NCBI GenBank assembly: GCA_029858565.1
Contig: JAOUEV010000004.1
Coordinates: forward strand, 32,001-96,000
Length of the DNA: 64,000 nt
Direction: 5' to 3'
DNA from: Nitrospirota bacterium
GTDB taxonomy: Bacteria; Nitrospirota; UBA9217
Under the pieces are notes generated by a model that made no database searches, was not told the origin of the DNA, and was given only the letters and a program-made list of their open reading frames with translations. A program made the position numbers and the translations under genes. Below, one piece after another: positions 47,154 to 55,662 of the stretch (the first letter of the stretch is position 1; each line of letters starts with the position of its first letter).

Positions 47154-48968
47154 ATGTTCACGTATGTTGGCGGACGTACTGTGGAAAAGGGAACCTACTG
47201 GAATCTGTCCAGCGGAGATCGGATCGATGTGAACGGTTCTGCGGTCCTGGCCGGGTCATCGGAAGAGCGGTATGTAAAGCTTCCGAAGGCAGGGGTCGTG
47301 ATCGCAGGGCCGCTTGCAGGCCTGCTGTTCTCTGTTGTGGCGCCGTTCCTGTTCCTGGTCATCATGCTGGCGCTTTTGCCGCGCACGGTCCATGCTTCGG
47401 GCTCTCTGCTGAACGAGGAAGCGCAGACCTGTCTCAGCTGTCATGGGACGCCGGGCATGACCATGACCTTCGGCGATAAATCGACGGTCTCGTTGCATGT
47501 CGATGAGCAGCACTTCAAGAGTTCCGTTCACAGCACCATGGGCTGCACCGGTTGCCATTCCGATGTGTCCATGGACACCCATCCCGCGGCGAAATACGCG
47601 ACGAAGCAGCAGTTTCTGCTGCATCTCGCGAGCGCCTGCAGGACCTGCCATGCAGATGAACAGGTGATGGCCAATCCGCTTCATAAGCGGGCCATTACCC
47701 GGGCCAACGCGCCCCCCTGTTCAGATTGCCATGGTTCCCATTCCATCAGGAACGTACCCACCCAGAAAGAGAAGTTCAGCTCCACGCAGTATTGCCTTAC
47801 CTGTCATTCTCACGAACTCAGCAAAACGATCAACGGGGAATCGATCTCCCTGACCATCGACGAAGGTGGCCTCAGGAGTTCGGTCCACAAGAACCACGGC
47901 TGTTCTGACTGTCACACAAAGTATTCCATGGACAGTCATCCGCAGCCGTCGTTCGAAAGCATCCGGGAGCTTTCCATTGCCGCTTCGGACGCCTGTATGA
48001 GGTGTCATTTCGACAAGGCGACACAGCACAAGGGAAGTATCCACGCCAGATTGCTGTCCGACGGCAACCGCAAGGCACCGGTATGCGCAGACTGCCACGG
48101 TTCGCACAAGGTCGGCCCCAAGGCCCTGGCGGACACCATGGGCGGCGTGCCCTGCAAGAAGTGCCATCAGGACATATTTGCAGCCTACCAGGGGAGCGTG
48201 CACGGTTTGGCGAAAAGCAACGGTCAAAGCGGACATGCGCCGCTCTGCTCGAGCTGCCATTATGCCCATGACGTAAAGCCAGCCATGGCTTCCCGGTCGC
48301 CGAAGGATGTATGTATGGGGTGTCATCCCGACATCGCCACAGCCCATCAGAAGTGGCTTCCGAACACCGAGGCCCATTTTGACGCTGTCGCCTGCACGGC
48401 ATGCCATGTTCCCGGCGACTACAAACGGAGCATCTACCTGCGTCTCACTGACGGGTCCTCGGGAATGCTGCTGAGCGATACGGTCGTTCGGAAGATCCTT
48501 GAGACCGGACAAAAGGTGAAGGATATAACACCTGAAAAACTCTGGTCGCTCTATCAGAACCTGAACAAAGGTCAGTCTGTCAAAATGAGCGGCATGGTCA
48601 GCTTGAAGGACCACCGGCAGGCGCATTATCTCGCACCCAAGGAAAAGGCGGTCCGTCAGTGCGAATGGTGCCATTCGGCGAACGCAGAATTCTTTAAATC
48701 AGTGTCCATGACCGTGGCCAAGTCCGATGGAAGAGAGTCCAGTATTGACGTGGATTCCGCGTCACTGGGCTCTGTCTACGCCATGGTGCCACTGAATCAG
48801 TTCTACGTTCTGGGCGGTACGAGAATCCGCGCCATGGACTATCTCGGCGCAGCAATGGTCCTGGGCGGTCTCGCGGTTCCTATCGGACACGGTACGCTCA
48901 GACTTTTGACCGCACGGCTGCGCAGGTCACGACAGCAGCAAGGAAAGGGAGGGCGGGGCCATGCATAA
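47154..48968 (+). CDS. Membrane-anchored multiheme cytochrome c (13 CxxCH), CbcA-like
   Basis: 13 CxxCH motifs counted; HQKWLPN..AHF..VACTACH region and C-terminal TM helix with a His (PIGH); AGGAGG SD; followed by a cytochrome b. Confidence 0.92.
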   Translation: MFTYVGGRTVEKGTYWNLSSGDRIDVNGSAVLAGSSEERYVKLPKAGVVIAGPLAGLLFSVVAPFLFLVIMLALLPRTVHASGSLLNEEAQTCLSCHGTPGMTMTFGDKSTVSLHVDEQHFKSSVHSTMGCTGCHSDVSMDTHPAAKYATKQQFLLHLASACRTCHADEQVMANPLHKRAITRANAPPCSDCHGSHSIRNVPTQKEKFSSTQYCLTCHSHELSKTINGESISLTIDEGGLRSSVHKNHGCSDCHTKYSMDSHPQPSFESIRELSIAASDACMRCHFDKATQHKGSIHARLLSDGNRKAPVCADCHGSHKVGPKALADTMGGVPCKKCHQDIFAAYQGSVHGLAKSNGQSGHAPLCSSCHYAHDVKPAMASRSPKDVCMGCHPDIATAHQKWLPNTEAHFDAVACTACHVPGDYKRSIYLRLTDGSSGMLLSDTVVRKILETGQKVKDITPEKLWSLYQNLNKGQSVKMSGMVSLKDHRQAHYLAPKEKAVRQCEWCHSANAEFFKSVSMTVAKSDGRESSIDVDSASLGSVYAMVPLNQFYVLGGTRIRAMDYLGAAMVLGGLAVPIGHGTLRLLTARLRRSRQQQGKGGRGHA

Positions 48969-49590
48969 GACCTATCTCCATCCGATGCCGGTGAGATTGT
49001 GGCACTGGAACAATGCATTCTGCTTTCTCGTGCTGATCGTAACGGGCGCGCAGATCAGGTACCGCGACGCGCTGGACCTGATGTCATTCAAGAACGCGGT
49101 GGATGTCCATAATTTCTTCGGGTTCCTGTTGATAGCGAACTTCATGCTCTGGGCGCTGTATTACATGATCTCCCGTAAGCTGAAGATCTACATTCCGGAC
49201 CCGAACCTGAAGAATTTCGTTCTCGGATCCTTGAAGCAGGCCCGGTATTACGGCTACGGGATCTTTGTAGGCGAGCCGAACCCGCATCACGCTACCCCTG
49301 ACAATAAGTTCAATCCCATGCAGCAGGTGGCGTATTTCAATATAATGCTCCTTTTGCTGCCGCTCCAGATCGTCTCCGGACTGTTGATGTGGGACATCAA
49401 ACGATTCGCAGCAATGATCAGCATCGTGGGAGGAATAAAAGTGGTCGACTCTCTTCATGTGTTCCTGACCCTGTTCTTTACATCATTCCTGTTCGTGCAT
49501 GTGTACCTGGCGACACTAGGACACACACCGCTCGAACACATCAAGGCGATGTTCACGGGATACGAGGAAGAGAGCGAAGTCGCGCACTGA
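48961..49590 (+). CDS. Di-heme cytochrome b subunit (CbcB / Ni-hydrogenase cyt b family)
   Basis: HP.PVRLWHW, VHNFFG, KFNPMQQVAY, LHVFL, HVYLATLG, IKAMFTGYEE; four TM His ligands. Confidence 0.9.
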   Translation: MHKTYLHPMPVRLWHWNNAFCFLVLIVTGAQIRYRDALDLMSFKNAVDVHNFFGFLLIANFMLWALYYMISRKLKIYIPDPNLKNFVLGSLKQARYYGYGIFVGEPNPHHATPDNKFNPMQQVAYFNIMLLLLPLQIVSGLLMWDIKRFAAMISIVGGIKVVDSLHVFLTLFFTSFLFVHVYLATLGHTPLEHIKAMFTGYEEESEVAH

Positions 49591-49610
49591 CGGCGAAATG
49601 TTGTCGGCCA

Positions 49611-49643
49611 GGGGGAACGGGCGAAGGCCCTTCCCCCTTTTTT
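49611..49643 (+). terminator. Rho-independent terminator
   Basis: GGGGGAACGGGC-gaag-GCCCTTCCCCC followed by TTTTTT. Confidence 0.8.
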
Positions 49644-49722
49644 AATTGGAGCTGTGGCGGTTGGGGATGCCTGGAATTGAACTGATTTGAATCGAGGGGA
49701 TAACACGAGAAAGGCAAATGCG

Positions 49723-49820
49723 TCTCGCGCAAAGCTGCAAAAACGCCAGGGAAATCCTAATAGCAAGTGATAAAAGAGATGATTTGTTCTTTCTTTGCGG
49801 CTTGGCGGCTTTGCGCGAGA
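49723..49820. repeat. Inverted-repeat element with triple CGCAAAG-type units
   Basis: TCTCGCGCAAAG (49723) perfectly complements CTTTGCGCGAGA (49809-49820); inner units CTTTGCGG-CTTGGCGG. Confidence 0.8.
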
Positions 49821-49836
49821 AAAGGTATTTGCCCTG

Positions 49837-51513
49837 TCAGTTTTGATTTAAAACAGGTTGATCTGCTTCGGACGATCCTTCCGGCCAGAGCTGCTGCTCG
49901 ATCGCTTCAAGGAGCGGTCCGAGAGTTGCGGGATCGATGGCAGAACAGAGGACGCTGTTGAACCGTGACGCGATGGCCCGCGCCCAGAGGGCGTTCACCT
50001 GGTCTACCTTGTTGAATACCACAAGGCAAGCAATGTGGTCCAGCCCGATCTCGTTCAGGATCTTGTTCACCGATTCCATCTGCTGCTCGAAACGGGGATT
50101 CCCGATATCCACGACATGAAGGATCAGGTCTGCGTCCTGCATCTCATCGAGCGTTGCGCGAAAGGCGCCGAGGAGGTCCGGCGGAAGGTCCCGGATGAAT
50201 CCCACGGTGTCCGTGATGACCACTTCTCGCTCACGCGGGAATCTGAGCCGGCGCGTAGCGGTATCGAGCGTCGCGAACAGCAGGTTCTCGGCCTTAACCT
50301 CGGACCTGGTGAGATTGTTAAACAGCGTTGATTTCCCCGCATTGGTGTATCCCGCGATGGACACGATGGGAATATGGCTCCGGACACGCCGTTCCCGACG
50401 CTGCTGGCGGGCTTTTCCGAGACCTTCAAGCTGTTTTTCCAATCGCCGGATCTTGTCCCGTGCTCTGCGCATGTCGATCTCGAGCCTGGTCTCGCCAGGA
50501 CCTCTGCCGCCGATGCCTCCGGTCAGGCGTGAGAGGGCGGTTGAGCGTTCGGAAAGCCTGGGAAGCCGGTACTTAAGCTGAGCAAGCTCTACCTGGACCT
50601 TCCCATCCCCGCTGTGCGCCCTTCGTGCGAAGATATCGAGGATCAGTTGGGTGCGGTCGATGACCCGGAGCTCGGTAATATCGCCGATGGCTTTTACCTG
50701 GGCCGGAGAAAGGTCCTGGTCGAACACGATGAGGTCCGCACCGAGCTGTTGGGAGTGGATGATCATGTCCTTGAGCTTTCCTGCGCCCATGAGGTAGCGA
50801 GGGTTGATGTCATGAGGGCGCTGGATCACCGCGTCCAGGACGGTAATCCCGTCGGAACGGGCAAGCTCCTTAAGTTCTTCGACTGATTCTTCCTGCTCAT
50901 GACGCGGTTTTTTTGATACACTCACCAGGATGGCGCGGTCCCTGCCGCCAACCTTTACCGCGGCCTGAGCTCGCTCCATCTGGCGTTCCATGTCCGCAAT
51001 AAACACCGAAGCATCAAGATCCAGCATGTGGACCGGGCATGAAGGGAGCACTTCGTAAAGTTTTTCCTCGGGATTGGGGGGCAGGAGATAGGCAAGCGAA
51101 ATATTGCCGGGAAGGCCGTCTTTGCGGGCGACAATGGACGCAATAAGGTCAAGCCGAAGCAGTGCGAGGTCCGTCAGGTCCTCCTGATTCAGCGGGTGAT
51201 CGGTAAGATGGGTATGGACAAAACGCACACCGCGCAAGCGTTTATGGCCCAGGCGGTAATTCGAGAGGTCAGGAATAAGAATACTCCGGTCCGAACCGAC
51301 CAGAACTGAGCGCACCGCTCCGGAACGATCGATAATGAGTCCGACCTGCCTTCCCGTCTGAACTGACGCCTCGGTCAGCGCCCGGGCTGCTTCAAGGGTT
51401 ATTACCTGGGAGGGTGGGGTTTTCCTTCGGTACAGACGCTCAAGTAAACGCAGATCAGCGGGTTTGAGCCCGGCTATGTTTCCATGGATCGACGAGATGG
51501 AAATATCCTCCAA
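49837..51513 (-). CDS. hflX: GTPase HflX, long form with N-terminal extension (true start probably ATC at 51498)
   Basis: DRTQLILDIFARRA, QVELAQLKY, GGRGPGET.LE, GYTNAGKSTL, LFATLD, DTVGFI, NKVD. Confidence 0.96.
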   Translation of the reverse strand: MEDISISSIHGNIAGLKPADLRLLERLYRRKTPPSQVITLEAARALTEASVQTGRQVGLIIDRSGAVRSVLVGSDRSILIPDLSNYRLGHKRLRGVRFVHTHLTDHPLNQEDLTDLALLRLDLIASIVARKDGLPGNISLAYLLPPNPEEKLYEVLPSCPVHMLDLDASVFIADMERQMERAQAAVKVGGRDRAILVSVSKKPRHEQEESVEELKELARSDGITVLDAVIQRPHDINPRYLMGAGKLKDMIIHSQQLGADLIVFDQDLSPAQVKAIGDITELRVIDRTQLILDIFARRAHSGDGKVQVELAQLKYRLPRLSERSTALSRLTGGIGGRGPGETRLEIDMRRARDKIRRLEKQLEGLGKARQQRRERRVRSHIPIVSIAGYTNAGKSTLFNNLTRSEVKAENLLFATLDTATRRLRFPREREVVITDTVGFIRDLPPDLLGAFRATLDEMQDADLILHVVDIGNPRFEQQMESVNKILNEIGLDHIACLVVFNKVDQVNALWARAIASRFNSVLCSAIDPATLGPLLEAIEQQLWPEGSSEADQPVLNQN

Positions 51514-51599
51514 AAGTACGATAAAAAGCCCGATTACCGTGGTGGTCTGTTTATTTCGACGGGCTGCGGCGGCATGGAAATGTCGTAGAGGAGATGTTC

Positions 51600-52121
51600 T
51601 TACTCAAGGTAGACAATATCGTGCACCCGGGCGTGATCATCCACTTTGATCCCGACACATTGACCCGCAACAGCCTCGTCAACATGACCGTGTTCATACT
51701 CCATGGAGGACAATGTCTGGGTGAAGTCAGTGGTATGGCCCTTGATCCGCACGCGGTCGCCGGTCTTGAGCTTTGCTCTGTTGATCTGGATCACGGCGAC
51801 GCCCAGATCGCTGTAATAGTGGGTCACCACGCCGATAGCCTGCTCCTGGCTGGCCGGTTCTTCAACAGGAGGGGCCTCGACGGTCGGTGGACCCGGTTCA
51901 ACCAGGGGCAGTTCTTTCTTGATGCTTTTCGAAGAGGGTCTTTTCGCTGCAATGACAGCCGAACGTTTTTTCCTGGTCTTTTTGGGAGTCTTTTCTTTAG
52001 CGGTCTTTTTGACCGTGATCTTCTTCTTGAGTTTATTCTTAGCAGCCTTTTTTTTGCCGGAAGTTGGGCGGGAAGTCGTTGATCCTGCGGACTTGCGATT
52101 CTGTTTACCGGTCGCTGGCAT
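51600..52121 (-). CDS. Lys-rich N-terminal region fused to a translation-factor-like beta-barrel
   Basis: K/A/T-rich N-terminus; IGVVTHYY..LGVAVI...LKTGDRVRIKGHTTDFTQ...A.AGQ.VGIKV...R..D.VY; GGAGG SD. Confidence 0.8.
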   Translation of the reverse strand: MPATGKQNRKSAGSTTSRPTSGKKKAAKNKLKKKITVKKTAKEKTPKKTRKKRSAVIAAKRPSSKSIKKELPLVEPGPPTVEAPPVEEPASQEQAIGVVTHYYSDLGVAVIQINRAKLKTGDRVRIKGHTTDFTQTLSSMEYEHGHVDEAVAGQCVGIKVDDHARVHDIVYLE

Positions 52122-52298
52122 GAGAAACCCTCCCTGGATTATTTACAAGGCGATAGGAGCCTTAGCTGCTCTTTGGCCCCTGATTGCTACTTCTATAAAA
52201 ATATTAGCACAGAAACGCCAAATTGCAACGAATAATAAATCTCTCAGGGGCACCTTGTCGTCGGCAATTTATCGTGACGGGAATCGTTGTCAGGTTCG

Positions 52299-52841
52299 TC
52301 ACTGATTGAGGTATCGGTATAGTTCGATCTCGGTGCGAGCGGCCTCCATATTTCCTGCCTCCTGATAGATCCGGCCGAGGTATTGATGCACATCAGGCTC
52401 GCGAGGGTCAATGTCTTTTGCTTTGAGCAGGTAACTGAGGGCTTTCTGCCTGTCATGCAGGACGTTGTAGTACAGGATACCGGCATTATAGTACGGCGCC
52501 GGGTCATCGGGCTGGAAGCGGATTGCCCGCTCGTAGGCGCTGATAGCCTCGGGAATTCGGTTCAAACGCTCGAGCGCGATTCCCAGGTTGATATAGACCG
52601 TCGGCTGGTAGGCATTCAGAGCAAGTGAATGTGCAAAGGTCCTATAGGCCCCTTCGCTGTTGCCGATAGCCAGCAGATGGAGTCCCAGCTCATTGTAGCC
52701 TCGCGCTTTCCGGGTTTTTGCAAGCGAATCGGCCCAGATGGTCCCATCATCGCGCCAGAGCGCATTGCGTTCGATGGTTACGGTCAGGAGTGCTCCCAGA
52801 AGTATCGCCAGAACACCGTACTTCATGTGGTGTTGTAACAT
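52299..52841 (-). CDS. Membrane-anchored TPR-repeat protein
   Basis: TM then RNALWRDD..IW; TPR motifs YNELG, YINLG, YYNAG, HQYLG; start codon uncertain. Confidence 0.8.
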   Translation of the reverse strand: MLQHHMKYGVLAILLGALLTVTIERNALWRDDGTIWADSLAKTRKARGYNELGLHLLAIGNSEGAYRTFAHSLALNAYQPTVYINLGIALERLNRIPEAISAYERAIRFQPDDPAPYYNAGILYYNVLHDRQKALSYLLKAKDIDPREPDVHQYLGRIYQEAGNMEAARTEIELYRYLNQ

Positions 52842-52973
52842 GTTTGCCTTCAAAGCACAAGGTTCACCGGGAAAGATCCGTATTTTTTTTTACAGCACAT
52901 ATGCATCAAAGCGCCTTTCAGGTTGACGACCGTCCATCGATGTATTATATTTGGCATGCGCAGTATGCGGACC

Positions 52974-54002
52974 ATGGAAAGAATACTTATCATCAAATTA
53001 TCAGCGATCGGCGATGTTGTCCAGACCCTGCCGGCACTTGAAGCTATTAAACGCGCCCTACCTGACAGCAGGATCGACTGGGTCGTTGAGGAGGCTGCCG
53101 CAGGTATTCTGGAGGGGCATCCGCTCATCGACCGGTTGCTCGTTTCCCGTAGAAAGACCTGGTTTCGATTGCTGAAAAGGCCCAATACCTTTCTTCAGGG
53201 GAGCAGGGAGTTAAAGAACTTCATCTCCGAGCTGAAAAAGGTCCGCTATGATATGGCGATCGATTTTCAGGGGCTTTTAAAGAGCGGTATTGTCATGGGT
53301 CTTGCGCGGGCGGACCGCAAGATCGGTTATGCCGGGTCACGGGAGTTCTCCTCGCTGTTCCTGAATGAACGGCTTCCTGCCTATGACATCGAACGGCATG
53401 CTTTGGAACGGTATCTGGACATCGCGCGGTACCTGGGTGCGGTTGATCCGTCATCGGTATGCGTGCTTCCTATCGATCTTGAAAAGAAACTGATACGGGA
53501 ACGGCTCTCGATCGCTGTGAGTAAGAATGAGCGCATCGTAGTGCTTAACCCCATGGCTCGCTGGCAAACCAAACTCTGGCCGGAGGAAAAGTTCTCCCAA
53601 CTCGCCGATCGCCTGATCAGCGAGCGGAGAGCGGCAGTCATCTTTACCGGCAGTACGAATGACCGGGAAGTGATCGACAGGATCATGGGGATGATGAAGC
53701 GAAGGGCGCTTAACTGGGCAGGGGATACGACGCTCAAGGAACTGGCCGCGCTGGCGTCCATCGCGGACCTGTTCATAACAACCGACACCGGCCCCATGCA
53801 TCTTGCGGCTGCTGCTGGGGGGAGAGTGCTGGCGCTGTTCGGGCCAACAGCGCCATGGAGAACAGGTCCCTTTGGCAGCGGCCATAAGGTCGTGCGGAAG
53901 GGACTGGACTGTTCACCCTGCTATCAGAGGTCGTGCAGGATCGATGGCCGGTGCATGACCTCTTTATCGGTCGATGACGTGATGGATCATTTGCCGTTCT
54001 GA
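52974..54002 (+). CDS. LPS heptosyltransferase (GT9; WaaC/WaaF family)
   Basis: ILIIKLSAIGDVV, IDFQGLLKS, TKLWP, TLKELAAL, DTGPMHLAAA, LFGPT, CSPC. Confidence 0.92.
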   Translation: MERILIIKLSAIGDVVQTLPALEAIKRALPDSRIDWVVEEAAAGILEGHPLIDRLLVSRRKTWFRLLKRPNTFLQGSRELKNFISELKKVRYDMAIDFQGLLKSGIVMGLARADRKIGYAGSREFSSLFLNERLPAYDIERHALERYLDIARYLGAVDPSSVCVLPIDLEKKLIRERLSIAVSKNERIVVLNPMARWQTKLWPEEKFSQLADRLISERRAAVIFTGSTNDREVIDRIMGMMKRRALNWAGDTTLKELAALASIADLFITTDTGPMHLAAAAGGRVLALFGPTAPWRTGPFGSGHKVVRKGLDCSPCYQRSCRIDGRCMTSLSVDDVMDHLPF

Positions 54003-54445
54003 GCGATGTGGGTCTCGACGGTCTTTTGTACGTGAAGGATGATCTGGTCCAGCGGCAGACGCCGGTCATCGAGAGCCCAATAATAGAACTCGTCAAGCGA
54101 TGAAAATCGGCCGAAAGCGGCATGGCGGGAGAGCAGTGAGCTCCGGGCCGCTTCATCAGTGATGATGCCGGCCATTACGAGCTGTTCGAGAAGTGCAGGG
54201 AATGCCTGTATCCAGGTGGAGTAGGATCGGCGATGTTCCTGGGCAATTTTATTCTTTAGCAGATTGAGGACAAGTCGGTAGAGCAGATCCTGGTCCTTGA
54301 TCGCCCGCTCAGGATCGATGAGTATGGAATACATGCCGATGGCTTGCACGATCTCTGCATACCTGCCATTCTCAAAATGACTATTAATGTAGGTCTTTAC
54401 CGTCTCCAGCCTGTCTATTTCCGATACCATTACAAGCTCTGGCAT
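53987..54445 (-). CDS. Hypothetical helical protein
   Basis: AGGAGG SD before ATG; ORF overlaps the heptosyltransferase 3' end by 16 nt; no motif recognised. Confidence 0.65.
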   Translation of the reverse strand: MPELVMVSEIDRLETVKTYINSHFENGRYAEIVQAIGMYSILIDPERAIKDQDLLYRLVLNLLKNKIAQEHRRSYSTWIQAFPALLEQLVMAGIITDEAARSSLLSRHAAFGRFSSLDEFYYWALDDRRLPLDQIILHVQKTVETHIAQNGK

Positions 54446-54698
54446 GGAACAACCTCCTTGTTGCTGATGAAATGGCCTTCCCCCGCAGGAATGGTATCGC
54501 AATTACATCGTTGACGCAAGTCATTTTTCATTATTATGGCAGGAATGGCACCAACTTAAGCACAGGTTGACCGTTTTTTTGTTGTGACCATCCTGTCCCG
54601 AACTTATTGCAATTTTCCCGAAGCATTGCCTGGGGAAGCATGACCGGAAGAATGATCTGAAAGTTCCTGGTATGATCTTCCTGGCGCATAAATTCTCC

Positions 54699-54727
54699 TT
54701 GACTTTGAGACAGTTATCTTCTATAGT
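54699..54727 (+). promoter_or_regulatory. Sigma-70 promoter for ihfA-merR-tRNA
   Basis: TTGACT-N17-TATAGT. Confidence 0.65.
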
Positions 54728-54749
54728 ATGGCTCGTTCGGGAGGTGTTT

Positions 54750-55073
54750 ATGACCAAGGCGGACATCATCTCAGAAGTTTTTGACAAGGTCGGACTGCCA
54801 AAGCAGGACGCTGAGGAGCTTGTCGAGATGATCCTGGACACGATCAAGTTGACCCTGAAAGAAGGGGAGACCGTCAAACTTTCCGGATTCGGCAATTTCG
54901 TTGTTCGCCAGAAGCGGTCACGAAAAGGCAGGAATCCCAAGACCGGCCAGGAGATCGAGATCACGCCAAGAAGCGTGGTGAGTTTCCGGCCGAGCATGAT
55001 CTTCAAGGACCATGTCATTGAGACGGACTCGGCGACAGATGGAGCCGTCCCTGCCGGACAGCCAGCGGAGTAA
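54750..55073 (+). CDS. ihfA: Integration host factor subunit alpha
   Basis: MTKADI...VKLSGFGNF..RQK..R.GRNPKTG.EIEITPR.VVSFRPS; typical ihfA-merR-tRNA-Pro synteny. Confidence 0.93.
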   Translation: MTKADIISEVFDKVGLPKQDAEELVEMILDTIKLTLKEGETVKLSGFGNFVVRQKRSRKGRNPKTGQEIEITPRSVVSFRPSMIFKDHVIETDSATDGAVPAGQPAE

Positions 55074-55368
55074 GCTCTTCTACCGAATCGGCGAGGTTAG
55101 CAGGATCAGCGGCCTTGAACCGTACGTGTTACGGTTCTGGGAAAAGGAATTCCCCCATCTCCGTCCCGGCAAGCGCGAGTCGGGTCAGCGTTTGTATACT
55201 CAAAAAGACCTGGACAATATCCTTCAGGTGAAGGAACTGTTGTATCAGCAGGGATATACTATCCCGGGTGCGAAAAAGAAACTCAGGGGCAGGTCAGGCA
55301 AAGACGTTGACGATGTTCTCGATCGGATCTCCCGGGAGATCCGGGAATTGATCGATATTCTCTCCTGA
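55039..55368 (+). CDS. MerR-family transcriptional regulator
   Basis: [10 protein letters not shown]...[16 protein letters not shown]...QRLY...LLY..GYTI.GA. Confidence 0.92.
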   Translation: MEPSLPDSQRSKLFYRIGEVSRISGLEPYVLRFWEKEFPHLRPGKRESGQRLYTQKDLDNILQVKELLYQQGYTIPGAKKKLRGRSGKDVDDVLDRISREIRELIDILS

Positions 55369-55382
55369 AAAAAATAATAAAT

Positions 55383-55459
55383 CGGGGCGTGGCGCAGCCT
55401 GGTAGCGTACTCGCTTGGGGTGCGAGTGGTCGGCCGTTCAAATCGGCTCGCCCCGACCA
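55383..55459 (+). tRNA. tRNA-Pro(GGG)
   Basis: CGGGGCG acceptor stem; GCGCAGCCTGGTAGCG D-arm; CTCGC-TTGGGGT-GCGAG anticodon arm; GTTCAAATC T-loop; encoded CCA. Confidence 0.97.
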
Positions 55460-55467
55460 TTCATAAC

Positions 55468-55503
55468 AGCCATAATCAGCATCAACTGATTATGGCTTTT
55501 TTT
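55468..55503 (+). terminator. Rho-independent terminator after tRNA-Pro
   Basis: AGCCATAATCAG-catcaa-CTGATTATGGCT followed by a T-run. Confidence 0.85.
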
Positions 55504-55662
55504 GTTATAATTCGGCACATAAGTTAGAGGGTATTTTTCACGGCCCTTTCCGATTGACTCGTTCAGGCTAAAAGAGTTATAACTACCTGTGAATATTAAT
55601 AAAAACACTCTCGGGCTATTCTTGCAGGCTATTCTTGCTTCATATGTAAAATTGAGGATGTC

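Noticed and set aside
54544-54560. TGGCAC sigma-54-like element upstream of ihfA
   Set aside because: No GC at -12; a good sigma-70 promoter lies closer to the gene
54521-55018. Minus-strand 165-aa ORF
   Set aside because: Antisense shadow of ihfA
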